From Parcubacteria group bacterium (GTDB taxonomy: Bacteria > Patescibacteriota > Minisyncoccia > Moranbacterales > UBA11712), in contig JBAZYY010000001.1 in the NCBI GenBank assembly GCA_041659065.1, forward strand, positions 274,228-338,227: a stretch of 64,000 nt of DNA, written 5' to 3'. This document shows positions 20,509 to 30,379 of the stretch, one piece after another; the first letter of the stretch is position 1, and each line of letters opens with the position of its first letter. Under the pieces are notes generated by a model. That model saw only the letters and a program-made list of their open reading frames with translations. It had not been told where the DNA came from and ran no database searches. Both the position numbers and the translations under genes were made by a program.

Positions 20509-20736
20509 TTACGCCTCCGAACCAGCGAATATCGCCCGATAAATATCCTCCGCGCTGCCCCATTCAGGAGCAACACTAACAATCAGGTGTTCTTTCTTCT
20601 CATTAAAAGGTTGCGGTTTGTCGTTTGCCATCGTTAGGGGACAAGGATTCTCTTCCCATCCCCAGCTCCCCAGCTCGCATGGTCCTTTGCCTGGAATCAG
20701 ATGCGAGCAATCTAGGCACATTGCATTGTATGCCAT
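20509..20736 (-). CDS. small Cys-containing hypothetical protein
   Basis: 75 aa with a CLDC...PCE...PCP pattern, 100 bp upstream of glnA on the same strand. Confidence 0.35.
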   Translation of the reverse strand: MAYNAMCLDCSHLIPGKGPCELGSWGWEENPCPLTMANDKPQPFNEKKEHLIVSVAPEWGSAEDIYRAIFAGSEA

Positions 20737-20845
20737 TGAGTCACCTCTGCTTTGGGGTTTATTTTTAATATTATTATAATTTATCTTTATTTTATGTCAA
20801 ATTATAATAATATTATATCATTTTATATTTGTAGATTATATTACA

Positions 20846-20878
20846 TTAAAAAAACAGAGCAATTCAGCCCTGTTTTTT
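20846..20878 (-). terminator. putative intrinsic terminator after rplL
   Basis: A-run, then AACAG...CTGTT stem, then T-run; 25 nt beyond the rplL stop. The stem is weak (5 bp). Confidence 0.3.
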
Positions 20879-20903
20879 CAATAAAAATCTTTGAATTTGA
20901 AAT

Positions 20904-21350
20904 TTACTTCAAGTTCACAGTTGCTCCGGCATCTTCCAGTTTCTTCTTGATTTCTTCCGCTTCAGCCTTGGGAGCCTTTTCTTTGATAACCTTTGGAGCC
21001 GCGTCAACTAAATCTTTGGCGTCCTTAAGCCCTTGTCCGGTAACTTCCCGAACAACCTTGATAACATTGATCTTCGCGTCACCTGAGGAAACAAGCTCAA
21101 TATCGAATTCGCTCTTCTCGGGAGCTGCTTCCGCCCCGCCGTCTCCGGCAGCTGGAACACCAGCTACAGCCATCATAGGCGCAGCCGCGCTCACTCCAAA
21201 TTTTTCTTCAAGCACCTTAACCAGCTCTGAAAGCTCAAGAACAGACATCTTTTCGACTTGCTCAACTAGAGCTTTGAACTTTTCAGGAACCTCAACTTCT
21301 TTTTTCTCTGAAGCTTCGGCACCCTCTTCTTTTTTTACTTCTTCAGCCAT
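20904..21350 (-). CDS. rplL: 50S ribosomal protein L7/L12
   Basis: [19 protein letters not shown], an Ala/Gly hinge, and a C-terminal domain ([26 protein letters not shown]). Has an N-terminal Glu/Lys-rich extension of about 33 aa. Confidence 0.9.
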   Translation of the reverse strand: MAEEVKKEEGAEASEKKEVEVPEKFKALVEQVEKMSVLELSELVKVLEEKFGVSAAAPMMAVAGVPAAGDGGAEAAPEKSEFDIELVSSGDAKINVIKVVREVTGQGLKDAKDLVDAAPKVIKEKAPKAEAEEIKKKLEDAGATVNLK

Positions 21351-21439
21351 GGTCTTAAAAAAATTAATTATTGATTAAAAAAATGTTAGATTTTAGTTAG
21401 TTTGCTTAAGAAATCTAATACTTTCGACACTAGACTACT

Positions 21440-21955
21440 TTAAGCTTTTTCCGCGATGGCTTTCAATACCCCGACCAAATTCCGCAAATTTCCAGCCAGG
21501 ACATTTACAAACCCTGAAACCGGTGCGTTGATTGTGCCAACTAATTTAGCCAGAAGTTCTTCTTTGGACGGCAGTATAGCCAAAGCTACGACATCTTTGT
21601 CGGATAGCACTTGATTTCCCAGAACTCCCCGCAAAATTTTGAAATTCTTATTCGCCTTTGCAAATTTATGCAGGATTCTAGCAGCCGAAACTTCATCCTG
21701 CTGTCCAACCGTAAGGCCGATTTGCCCTTCCAGACCCAACGAATCCGCTTCGATTCCCGCTTCCTTAAATGCCCGATCGAATAATTTCTTTTTGCTGACC
21801 TTATATGTCGCTTCCGCCTGTCTCAGCTCCCGTCTCAGCTCCTGCATTTTAGCAACCGAAGTTCCCGTAAAATCAGTGAAAATTGAAACTTTACTGGATT
21901 TAATCTGATTGGTTAAATCCTTCACTAAAGCCTTTTTTTGATCTTTGTTAAGCAT
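21440..21955 (-). CDS. rplJ: 50S ribosomal protein L10
   Basis: L10 family sequence lying upstream of rplL. Confidence 0.85.
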   Translation of the reverse strand: MLNKDQKKALVKDLTNQIKSSKVSIFTDFTGTSVAKMQELRRELRQAEATYKVSKKKLFDRAFKEAGIEADSLGLEGQIGLTVGQQDEVSAARILHKFAKANKNFKILRGVLGNQVLSDKDVVALAILPSKEELLAKLVGTINAPVSGFVNVLAGNLRNLVGVLKAIAEKA

Positions 21956-21974
21956 AAAATCACAAAAAAATATT

Positions 21975-22005
21975 AAAAAATCCTGCTTTTCCGCAGGCTT
22001 GCAAT
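21975..22005 (-). promoter_or_regulatory. hairpin + U-run in rplJ 5' leader (possible L10 leader attenuator)
   Basis: CCTGCGGAAAAGCAGG on the minus strand followed by ATTTTTTAATATTTTTTT, about 25 nt upstream of the rplJ ATG. Confidence 0.3.
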
Positions 22006-22145
22006 AGCAACAAGAATCACTATTTGTTTCCTAATTAGGACTTACTTTATTGCCTAATTTCTGCGGAAAATACTTATCTAGCTTGTAACGCCAATTTTAT
22101 ACCGATTACTAAATAATGTCAATAGATCACTAATAACCATGATCT

Positions 22146-23165
22146 CTATAAGCCATATTTTACCTTATTCGCTTCGTGCTCTTCGATAGTCTTCGAGAAA
22201 ATCGTTTTTCCCGTTTCCGGATCCGTCAAAAAGTAAGTATAATCCGTCTTTGTCGGATAAATCGCGGCCTCAATCGCGTTCAGTCCGGGATTATCAATCG
22301 GACTCGGCGGGAGGCCTTTATTAAGATAGGTATTATAAGGCGACGGCGTCCTTGTATCATCGAAAGAATATTGCTTCTTTTCCTTCCCCAAAACATATGC
22401 GACTGTAGCGCAGCTTTGAAGCGGCATACCCGCGCTAATCCTGTCCCAAAAAATTCCACTCGCGATTTTCATATCTTCGGGGGTTCTTACCTCCTTCTCC
22501 AAAATGCTGGCCATGGTAACAACCTCATACACACTTTTACCCTCGTTTTCTATATCGCTCTTCATTTTTTCGGTTATTTTCTCGTCGAAATTCAGAACCA
22601 TTCTGTCAATAATATCTTGGCTCGTGGCATCTTTGAAAAAAATATACGTATCTGGAAACAAAAACCCTTCCAAGTTTGCATCCCGGGCGTCTTGAGACAG
22701 AAAATCATAATCCGTATTAATTCCGCATTTGCATTTAAGCTTGCTTAAAAAATCGTCACCCTTAAACCCTTTTTGCCCCAACACTTCTGCCATATCCTTG
22801 GAATTCATGCCCTCCGGAAAAGTTACTTTGATCTCATTTGGGATTATCTCCCCCAAGGATAGCACCTGCACAATCTCAGGGATCGTAAGGGATCCCTTCA
22901 ATTCGTATTCTCCGGCTTTTATTTTGCTCTTGCTGCCGTTTTTCCAGATATAGTAGTCAAAATAGTATTTATTTTTTATTAAGCCGGCTTTTTCAAGTTC
23001 CGATGCGATCTCCTTGACTCCCTCTCCTCTTTTTAGTTCAAAAGTTTGCGTTATATTTCCCGGACCATGCGAAAAATAAACCTGGCGGCTAAAATAATAA
23101 TAGGCCACGCCAAGCAGCACAAAAAAAGCAATAAGAATAGTTAGCAGCTTTCTCATAGAATACAA
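22146..23165 (-). CDS. mltG: endolytic murein transglycosylase MltG (YceG-like)
   Basis: N-terminal TM segment, YceG domain, LQSCATVAYVLG motif. Confidence 0.8.
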   Translation of the reverse strand: MYSMRKLLTILIAFFVLLGVAYYYFSRQVYFSHGPGNITQTFELKRGEGVKEIASELEKAGLIKNKYYFDYYIWKNGSKSKIKAGEYELKGSLTIPEIVQVLSLGEIIPNEIKVTFPEGMNSKDMAEVLGQKGFKGDDFLSKLKCKCGINTDYDFLSQDARDANLEGFLFPDTYIFFKDATSQDIIDRMVLNFDEKITEKMKSDIENEGKSVYEVVTMASILEKEVRTPEDMKIASGIFWDRISAGMPLQSCATVAYVLGKEKKQYSFDDTRTPSPYNTYLNKGLPPSPIDNPGLNAIEAAIYPTKTDYTYFLTDPETGKTIFSKTIEEHEANKVKYGL

Positions 23166-23203
23166 TTATACTACATTTCGATTATTTGCAAAAGATTTTA
23201 AAC

Positions 23204-24940
23204 TTACCAGCTACCGCCTCCTCCGCCGCCAAAACCGCCTCCTCCGCCGCCGCCAGAAAAGCCCGACCCTCCACTGGCAGCGGAAGATGGCTGGCTCGCC
23301 ATTGTCGTCACTGCAGAACTGGAAAAGTCAGAAACTATACTACCAAGTATTACCGCGTTGAAAACACGACCGGAGGAATCTTCATACCAGCTTGGCTGTT
23401 GTTTATATATTTCCTCAAACTGCTTCGCCCACTCTTTTTCAACGCCTAAAACCATCGCGTATGGCAAAAATTTCTCGAACATTTGGGGATTTTTTTTCGG
23501 CGCATTATGGAATTTCAGGCGGTCTTTTTCCGTAACGGAAAGAAAATCCTTGAAACCCAAGATGTGCTCCTTGAGTTTAGCGCCGCGCATGGTCACCGCC
23601 GGCATCAAATAGCCGAAGACCAGAATAATAACTCCCGAAAGCATTCCGCTCCCAATTCCCCAACCTCCCTGGAACATTCCGAATATGACAGCCAAAAAGG
23701 CTCCGCCCACGATCGCAATTGCTATCCACGTTCCGAATACCGTATTCGGGTTTTTGGCATAATACCCCTTTTGCGTCACGTCTTCGTAGAGCTGGCTTTT
23801 GACAACCGAAAGGGTTTTATAAAATTTGCTCTTAAGATCCGCAAGCTTTTTTTCCTTGCCTCCATCAAAAATTCCCTTCATTATTTCTTTTTCAAAATCC
23901 CGCTCCGGCTCTTCGTCTTTCAGCCTTATAAAAGTATATTCCGCACTTGTCTTCCCGAAAAAACCCTTTTCTTCGGTCCTTTTTATTTTGAGAAAACCCC
24001 GAATAGCAAGGTCGATGATCGTCGATGAAACGTCCTTATTATCCGCGGAACCGTCCATCATCGTGCCAACTTCTGCTGGAGCCAGCCCATCCGGCGCTTC
24101 GTATTGGGCAATGATCGTTCCCCGCCCCTTCGGATCACGACCCTTCTTGCTCCAAAGTCGGAACATCAGGACAAAAACAATAATCGGAACAAGGAGCGTC
24201 CAATTGTCGCGCACGGTGTCGAATATTTTCTGAAACATTGTCGGCTCGGGCGTGATGCCCTTGGGCCATCCGGCGACGATTGTTATCCCTTCGCCGGGAG
24301 ACAGCGCGCCATTCGCGGCATATTCAATTATATTTCCGCTCACGTTTGATACGCACTCATCCGTGCTTCCATATACCCCCTGGTAGCATTTGGCCTGTAA
24401 ATTATTGCCAGCTCCGTTAGGCAAAATAATTTTCACCGATGCGTTTTCTATCGGAATTTGCCACTGATCTCCCGTAAAATTCCAATATAGCTCGTCATGA
24501 TCGGGAAAATAGTTAACTGCCCGACGGACAACATAGCTTATTTCATAATTCTTTTGACCGCTAACATATTCATCCGCATCTCCAATTTTTATTTCAACGT
24601 TATCCTCGGGGTAAGTTAAGGTGAAATTTTGTGGCGCGCCGGTTTCATCCACCACCTTGATGTCCGATAGCCGCAGGTTATAATTCCCACCCCGAGCCTT
24701 ATACTTTACGGGAATAAACCGAAAAATGCCATGTTTTTGCTGCGCACCAAAATCATACTGAATATCTTCCTTGACGTTAATCGTGCTGTCAGCATTAATT
24801 TTTATTTCACCAGTAAAACTTATAATCTTTTCTTCACCAATAGGACTCTGCGCGTGGGTAAAGCTAAAAGCTAAGAGCGAAAAGATAAAAATAACAGCTG
24901 AGACATAAAAGCTTTTGGATTTCAGTCTTTGTTTTTCCAT
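23204..24940 (-). CDS. DUF2207 domain membrane protein with Gly-rich C-terminal tail
   Basis: Signal peptide, beta-rich ectodomain, TM helices, and a C-terminal GGSGFSGGGGGGGFGGGGGGSW tail. Confidence 0.65.
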   Translation of the reverse strand: MEKQRLKSKSFYVSAVIFIFSLLAFSFTHAQSPIGEEKIISFTGEIKINADSTINVKEDIQYDFGAQQKHGIFRFIPVKYKARGGNYNLRLSDIKVVDETGAPQNFTLTYPEDNVEIKIGDADEYVSGQKNYEISYVVRRAVNYFPDHDELYWNFTGDQWQIPIENASVKIILPNGAGNNLQAKCYQGVYGSTDECVSNVSGNIIEYAANGALSPGEGITIVAGWPKGITPEPTMFQKIFDTVRDNWTLLVPIIVFVLMFRLWSKKGRDPKGRGTIIAQYEAPDGLAPAEVGTMMDGSADNKDVSSTIIDLAIRGFLKIKRTEEKGFFGKTSAEYTFIRLKDEEPERDFEKEIMKGIFDGGKEKKLADLKSKFYKTLSVVKSQLYEDVTQKGYYAKNPNTVFGTWIAIAIVGGAFLAVIFGMFQGGWGIGSGMLSGVIILVFGYLMPAVTMRGAKLKEHILGFKDFLSVTEKDRLKFHNAPKKNPQMFEKFLPYAMVLGVEKEWAKQFEEIYKQQPSWYEDSSGRVFNAVILGSIVSDFSSSAVTTMASQPSSAASGGSGFSGGGGGGGFGGGGGGSW

Positions 24941-24963
24941 TTTAGATTTACGCTTTTAGATTT

Positions 24964-25329
24964 TTAGAATCTCGCGTTTTCATCGATCACCATTTTCTTT
25001 TTGAGTGACAGCCCTCCGCGCCGCCTTAAAGTCATAATCTTGTCCTTATCCCTGTCAATTTGCGATTCCATGCTTTCGTACACATTATCGATTGAGCCTT
25101 CGATTGATTCAGTTGTATCCTCACTGCGATAATCCTGGTAAGGCGTATGGAGCATTACCTCTACGCGGAATTTGCCTTTTTTATCAAGGTCTATTTCAAC
25201 TTCAGCCGTCACAACCGCATCCTCGCTGTAGGATTGAAAGAATTTTCCCAATTTTTCAACTTTCTCCGTGACATAGTCCTGAGTGCGACTATCGATTTTT
25301 ACTTCCTTGAATAAATAGCGGATATTCAT
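24964..25329 (-). CDS. hpf: ribosome hibernation promoting factor (HPF/RaiA)
   Basis: YfiA/HPF fold; MNIRYLFKEVKIDSRTQDYVTEKVEKL. Confidence 0.8.
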   Translation of the reverse strand: MNIRYLFKEVKIDSRTQDYVTEKVEKLGKFFQSYSEDAVVTAEVEIDLDKKGKFRVEVMLHTPYQDYRSEDTTESIEGSIDNVYESMESQIDRDKDKIMTLRRRGGLSLKKKMVIDENARF

Positions 25330-25374
25330 GGATTATTTCTTAAAAATTAAATTTAATCCTTTTTATTTAATACT

Positions 25375-26631
25375 TTACCAAGCGAGTTCTTTTTTCCTTA
25401 CCTTCACTGTAATGCTTTTTGTTGAAAAAACAAGCAGAATTATGGATAGTAATGCTCCCGCCAAACCCAAGACTGAAAATGCTTCCGAAAAGCCGACTAA
25501 ATCAGCCAGGAGTCCCGCGATTATAGGACCGACAATATAGCCTATGTTGTTAAAAAAATCCTCGAGAGATTCTATTTCACCTTCAACGACCGGCGTTTCA
25601 TTTATATAATCGGCGTAAGCTCCGTTGATTGCCGGAAACGCGAAATCGAGAAAAAACGCCGCAATAAAAGTTATTACGATGGGAATAATTGGACCGCTCC
25701 CAAAAGAAAATCCGACGAGCGCTAGCGACCCGATCAAAAGTCCAAGATAAGCAGTTTTTTTCTTACCCATCTTTCGGGTTAATGAACCGACGAACCAACC
25801 GACCATAAGGGTTGGAATAGAATAAGCAACCAGTAAAATTCCGCCGAATTGTTCAAGCCCCAATCCTTCCGAAAAAATAGGGCCGATTGTCCAAAAAAAG
25901 GCATCCACAATATACAGGAACATAGTCAGGATCAAAACCGGGAATATGGTTCTTCCAACTTTTCTCCAAAGCCTCAGCTCGATCAGGATTTTTTTATTCC
26001 GGCAAACTTCGTTTTTTTTGGAAACCTTGAACTTATTCTTATTATAAAAAAGCAGACTCATAAACAAAAGAAAGGCAATCAGCAGAAAGATCCAACCGAT
26101 AGAATAGGCTTTCCAGTCCACAAACTCAATGATAACCAAACCCGCGACCAGCGGAGCGATTATTTCCGCGAGCGACCTAAAGACGGAAACGACACCAAAA
26201 CTGGAGGCGTGCTCATCCTCTTTCGTAAATCTCCCTACAAAATCAAATACCCCAAAATTAAAAAGGTCGTAATACACACCCCAAATAGCCATGGCGATCA
26301 GAAATATCCAGATAGTTTTGGCCTGGGATAAAATCAGAGGAAATACAAAGCATATGGCGAACATGATCAGAAAAAGCCTGCGGAAAAAAAAGTTTTTTAC
26401 TATCCGGCAAATAAAAAAATCAAACAGCGCTCCGGATATTGATGAACTGCCGATAATAATTCCCATGGCTGTATTTGAAAACCCAGCCTGGGTAATCGCA
26501 ATAGGCGCGATAAAAGACATTATGCCGTCGAAAGTCGCCCAAAAAAGTATCATTATCGACAGAAAATAGAGGGGCCTGTGATTATCGCCGTATTGCTTGA
26601 AATGTGTCACTAGATGCCTGATAGTTGGCAC
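25375..26631 (-). CDS. MFS transporter
   Basis: 12 TM-like segments with an MFS-type motif arrangement. Confidence 0.7.
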   Translation of the reverse strand: MPTIRHLVTHFKQYGDNHRPLYFLSIMILFWATFDGIMSFIAPIAITQAGFSNTAMGIIIGSSSISGALFDFFICRIVKNFFFRRLFLIMFAICFVFPLILSQAKTIWIFLIAMAIWGVYYDLFNFGVFDFVGRFTKEDEHASSFGVVSVFRSLAEIIAPLVAGLVIIEFVDWKAYSIGWIFLLIAFLLFMSLLFYNKNKFKVSKKNEVCRNKKILIELRLWRKVGRTIFPVLILTMFLYIVDAFFWTIGPIFSEGLGLEQFGGILLVAYSIPTLMVGWFVGSLTRKMGKKKTAYLGLLIGSLALVGFSFGSGPIIPIVITFIAAFFLDFAFPAINGAYADYINETPVVEGEIESLEDFFNNIGYIVGPIIAGLLADLVGFSEAFSVLGLAGALLSIILLVFSTKSITVKVRKKELAW

Positions 26632-26697
26632 AGTTTTGTATTTATGTTTTTAGAATTGCTCTCTATCTGACTTATTGTTTTTCCCGTCTGGCTGGCC

Positions 26698-27669
26698 TCA
26701 GAAACCAACCATCCGGACCTCCTCTTTCAACTGTATGCCAAAATGATTTCTGACTTTTTGCTTGATTAGGCTGGCTAGAATTATCACGTCTTCGGCTTTT
26801 GCGTTTCCGATATTAACGATGAAATTTCCATGTCTCTCGCTAATCATCACTCCGCCAATTTTTTTACCGCGCAGTCCCAGCCGATCAATCAGATAACCAG
26901 CGGGGATGACGCCGCCTTTAGCCTCTTTTCCCGTATCCTCTTTGAAATCCGCTAGCAGCTTTTCCCTATTTGTGTCTGCGTTTTTGAAAAAACTTCCGGA
27001 ACTCGGGAGATCATACGGCTGCAACGCTTTTCGCTGTTGCATGATATCCGCGACCATCTGCTGGCTTTTTTTGCCATCTCCCTTTTTGAGGCGCAACGCG
27101 CATGACAAAATTATTAAATTTGGATTTTGTTTAAAAACACTGTCCCGATAACCAAATCTGCATTCCCCCGATTCATAGCTCTCGACTTTTGCATCTTCAT
27201 CGGCATTAATCTTTTCCGTATCCAAAACTTCCACTCTTTCCACTATTTCTGCCATGCTGGCTCCAAATGCTCCCGCGTTTCCCGCAACCGCCCCGCCAAT
27301 TGTGCCAGGAATACCCGCCGCCCACTCGAGGCCTGTTAAGCCGTACTTTACTGATTCCGACACAACTTTAGCTAAAGGGCATCCTGCGCCACATTCTACT
27401 TTAGCATCTAGTCTGCCTGCCGGCGAGGCAGGTATACGGCATTTAGTATTTAGTATTTTTATGATTAATCCGTCATATCCCTGGTCACTGACAAGAATAT
27501 TGCTGCCTCCGCCCAAAATGAAAACCGGCAAACTTTTTTCTTTTGCGTATTTTACAGCTTCGATTATTTCATCTTCTCTCTCGGCCTCAATAAAAAACTT
27601 CGCCGGTCCGCCGATTTTAATCGTTGTATATTGCGCTAAAGAAATATTTTGCTTGACTTCTACACTCAT
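26698..27669 (-). CDS. murB: UDP-N-acetylenolpyruvoylglucosamine reductase
   Basis: FAD-binding domain plus MurB C-terminus (FKNADT...LRGKKIGG). Confidence 0.85.
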   Translation of the reverse strand: MSVEVKQNISLAQYTTIKIGGPAKFFIEAEREDEIIEAVKYAKEKSLPVFILGGGSNILVSDQGYDGLIIKILNTKCRIPASPAGRLDAKVECGAGCPLAKVVSESVKYGLTGLEWAAGIPGTIGGAVAGNAGAFGASMAEIVERVEVLDTEKINADEDAKVESYESGECRFGYRDSVFKQNPNLIILSCALRLKKGDGKKSQQMVADIMQQRKALQPYDLPSSGSFFKNADTNREKLLADFKEDTGKEAKGGVIPAGYLIDRLGLRGKKIGGVMISERHGNFIVNIGNAKAEDVIILASLIKQKVRNHFGIQLKEEVRMVGF

Positions 27670-27720
27670 CTCAAAGATTTATTCCATTACAACTTAAACC
27701 GAAACTTTTCACTTTTAATT

Positions 27721-29097
27721 TTAATCTTTTAACTTCTCCACTACTTCCCATACATTTCCCGCGCCCATGGCAATAATCACATCTTCCTTGCTAATTTTAT
27801 CGGATAAAAATTCCACAGTTTCGCCGATCGTTGGCACATATTCCACGCTCTTATGGTACCTCGATGCCTCCGCGACTAAATCCTTTGAATGCACTCCGCC
27901 CTGCGTTTCTCGGGCACTGCCATAAATATCAAGAATTATAACTCGATCCGCATCCGAAAAGCTCTGGGAGAACTCAGAAAGAAGCGCTTTGGTCCTTGAA
28001 AATGTGTGGGGATGGAAAACGCACCAAATCCGACGCTTGGGAAAAAATTCACGCGCAGCGGCCAAGGTTGCCTTTATTTCTTCCGGGTGATGAGCGTAGT
28101 CATCAAGCAAAATCGCTCCATTTCTCTCGCCGATATAGTCGAATCTTCTTGATGTGCCCTCAAACTCCGCCAGAGCCTGCCTCACTTTTTCCATCTTGGC
28201 GTTGAATTGATGGCTCATTGCGATCGCGGCTGCCGCGTTCAGCACGTTGTGTTTTCCGGGAAGCTCAAGATCGAATTCGCCAAGCTTCTTATCCCCCGCC
28301 CAAACATCGAAAAATTGTTTCCCTTCCCTGATCTTATGGTTTTTTATTCTGACATTATTGTCTTTTCCAAATCCGTATGAGATCACCTTGCATTTGGCTT
28401 CTTTTGCAATCTCGAGCGTTTCGCTCCTATCGCCGCAAACCACCAAGAAGCCATGCAGCGGAATTTTTTTAACGAATTTCACGAAAGTTGATTTATATTC
28501 TTCGAAGCTGGGGAAAAAATCCGGATGGTCCCAATCAGCGCTTGTGAGAATCGCAGCCTTAGGGTTATAATAGTCGAATTTACCTTGATATTCATCAGCT
28601 TCAATCACCATGAATTCACTCCGGCCGAAAAGTGCCGCGCTCCTCCACTGCTTCACAAGCGACCCGACAACCGCGGTTGGGTCAAATTCGGCTTTCCTCA
28701 TAATTTCCGCCAGCATAGCTGTCGTCGTAGTTTTGCCATGCGTGCCGCAGACCGCTATTCCGAATTTCTGGTCAAACAGTTCACCCAAAAGTTGCGGATA
28801 GGAGGCCATTTGTAATCCTTTTTTGACAGAAATCCTGAATTCCTCATTATTATCTTCGTTATAAGCCGTGGAATAAACAACCAGGTCAATGTCGTCAGTG
28901 ATGTGCTCCGCGCTGAAACCTTCATAAAACTTAATACAAAGCCTTTTTTTGAGAATATTCTCCGTAAAAAATTTTTCAGTCGTGTCGGATCCTCCAATCT
29001 CAAATCCAAGCCTGTGTAATATTTCAACTAGAGCAACCATTCCGCTGCCTTTGATGCCGATAAAATAAATTTTTTTTATTTTTGAGAATTCAATCAT
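27721..29097 (-). CDS. murC: UDP-N-acetylmuramate--L-alanine ligase
   Basis: IYFIGIKGSGMVALVEIL N-terminus; Mur ligase with GTHGKTTTT. Confidence 0.9.
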   Translation of the reverse strand: MIEFSKIKKIYFIGIKGSGMVALVEILHRLGFEIGGSDTTEKFFTENILKKRLCIKFYEGFSAEHITDDIDLVVYSTAYNEDNNEEFRISVKKGLQMASYPQLLGELFDQKFGIAVCGTHGKTTTTAMLAEIMRKAEFDPTAVVGSLVKQWRSAALFGRSEFMVIEADEYQGKFDYYNPKAAILTSADWDHPDFFPSFEEYKSTFVKFVKKIPLHGFLVVCGDRSETLEIAKEAKCKVISYGFGKDNNVRIKNHKIREGKQFFDVWAGDKKLGEFDLELPGKHNVLNAAAAIAMSHQFNAKMEKVRQALAEFEGTSRRFDYIGERNGAILLDDYAHHPEEIKATLAAAREFFPKRRIWCVFHPHTFSRTKALLSEFSQSFSDADRVIILDIYGSARETQGGVHSKDLVAEASRYHKSVEYVPTIGETVEFLSDKISKEDVIIAMGAGNVWEVVEKLKD

Positions 29098-29163
29098 ATT
29101 TAAAAAGAGGAGATAAATTTGAACTTCCGTTTATTTCCTCTAAATTCATCCAATGATTTTCAA

Positions 29164-30273
29164 TTATCTGCTTAGGTTTATGAGTTCATCCGCGATTACT
29201 CTCGCTGCCTCCGGATTATAAAATTTTTTCACCCGTTGGCTCATTTCAAACCTCAATTCTTCATTTCCGAGTATTTCCTCAATCTTTTCGAAAAGTATAT
29301 TCTCTCCCAAATTATTTTGCTCAAGAGTTATGGCCGCCCCGGCTTGAGAAAAGACAAAGGCGTTTTGCTCCTGGTGATTATTGGCCGCCCCATCGAGCGG
29401 TATGAGAATCGAGGGCTTGGCATTTGCCGCGATTTCGGTCATCACATTGGCTCCCGCGCGACTAATAATAAGGTCGGCTAAGGCAAATACATGCGGCAAC
29501 TCTTCCCCTAGGAAAGGAACCGCGATATATCCCTCGTGTCCGGCTTTTATTCCAAGCTCTCCCACTTGGTGGATTACTGATTCGTACTCCCCTTTGCCGA
29601 TAATATGGATGATCTGGTAACTTTTCAGCAATCTTTTCAAAATTCCAATCACAGCATGGTTGATTGCGCGCGAGCCTTGGCTGCCCCCAATAATCAAGAT
29701 TGTCTTTTTGTCCGGCGAGAGAGAAAATTTTTTCATAGCTTCCTCCCTATTCCCTTCCGTAAGCTCTTTTCTGATTGGATTTCCGGAAAGAAAAGTTTTC
29801 TTCTCCGAGAAAAAACTCAACGACTCCGGAAAAGAGATTGCCACTCTTGCGGCCAATCTTGATAATATCTGGTTGGCAAGTCCCGGCATGACATCCGACT
29901 CATGGATTAGGATGGGAATTCTATAGATATACGCCGCTATTGCCACCGGGACACAGGCAAAGCCGCCCTTGGCAAAAATTGCGTCAGGCATAAAAGCCAG
30001 CAGCCGGAAAAGTGATTGGATAATTCCCACGGGAATTTTGAAAACATCAATAAAATTTTGAACCGAGAAATAGCGCCTAAATTTTCCGCTAACAATTTTT
30101 TTGGCGGGAATTAGCTCCTTTTCCATCACTTCCTTTTCCAGCTCTCCTTCTGTACCCAGAAAAAGAAGCTCCAGATCCTCCTTTTCACCTATTTCTTCTT
30201 TTAGTGCGCGAGCTACCGATAAAATCGGAAAAATATGCCCCCCAGTCCCGCCACCCGTCAATACAATCTTCAT
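29164..30273 (-). CDS. murG: undecaprenyldiphospho-muramoylpentapeptide beta-N-acetylglucosaminyltransferase
   Basis: LTGGGTGGHIFP glycosyltransferase family 28 signature. Confidence 0.9.
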   Translation of the reverse strand: MKIVLTGGGTGGHIFPILSVARALKEEIGEKEDLELLFLGTEGELEKEVMEKELIPAKKIVSGKFRRYFSVQNFIDVFKIPVGIIQSLFRLLAFMPDAIFAKGGFACVPVAIAAYIYRIPILIHESDVMPGLANQILSRLAARVAISFPESLSFFSEKKTFLSGNPIRKELTEGNREEAMKKFSLSPDKKTILIIGGSQGSRAINHAVIGILKRLLKSYQIIHIIGKGEYESVIHQVGELGIKAGHEGYIAVPFLGEELPHVFALADLIISRAGANVMTEIAANAKPSILIPLDGAANNHQEQNAFVFSQAGAAITLEQNNLGENILFEKIEEILGNEELRFEMSQRVKKFYNPEAARVIADELINLSR

Positions 30274-30379
30274 AAAAACTTAAAGCTAAGAGCGAAAAAC
30301 TCAAAACAATAATCTATTATCCTATTTTTTCGCTTTTAGTTATTTCTTTTACATTTTAGCTTTTCACTTTTCCTTTCTT

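Noticed and set aside
24867-30298. 16-mer AAGCTAAGAGCGAAAA shared between 24867 and 30283
   Set aside because: One copy is inside the DUF2207 signal-peptide coding region and the other is intergenic. A single short match with no flanking similarity is probably chance in AT-rich DNA.
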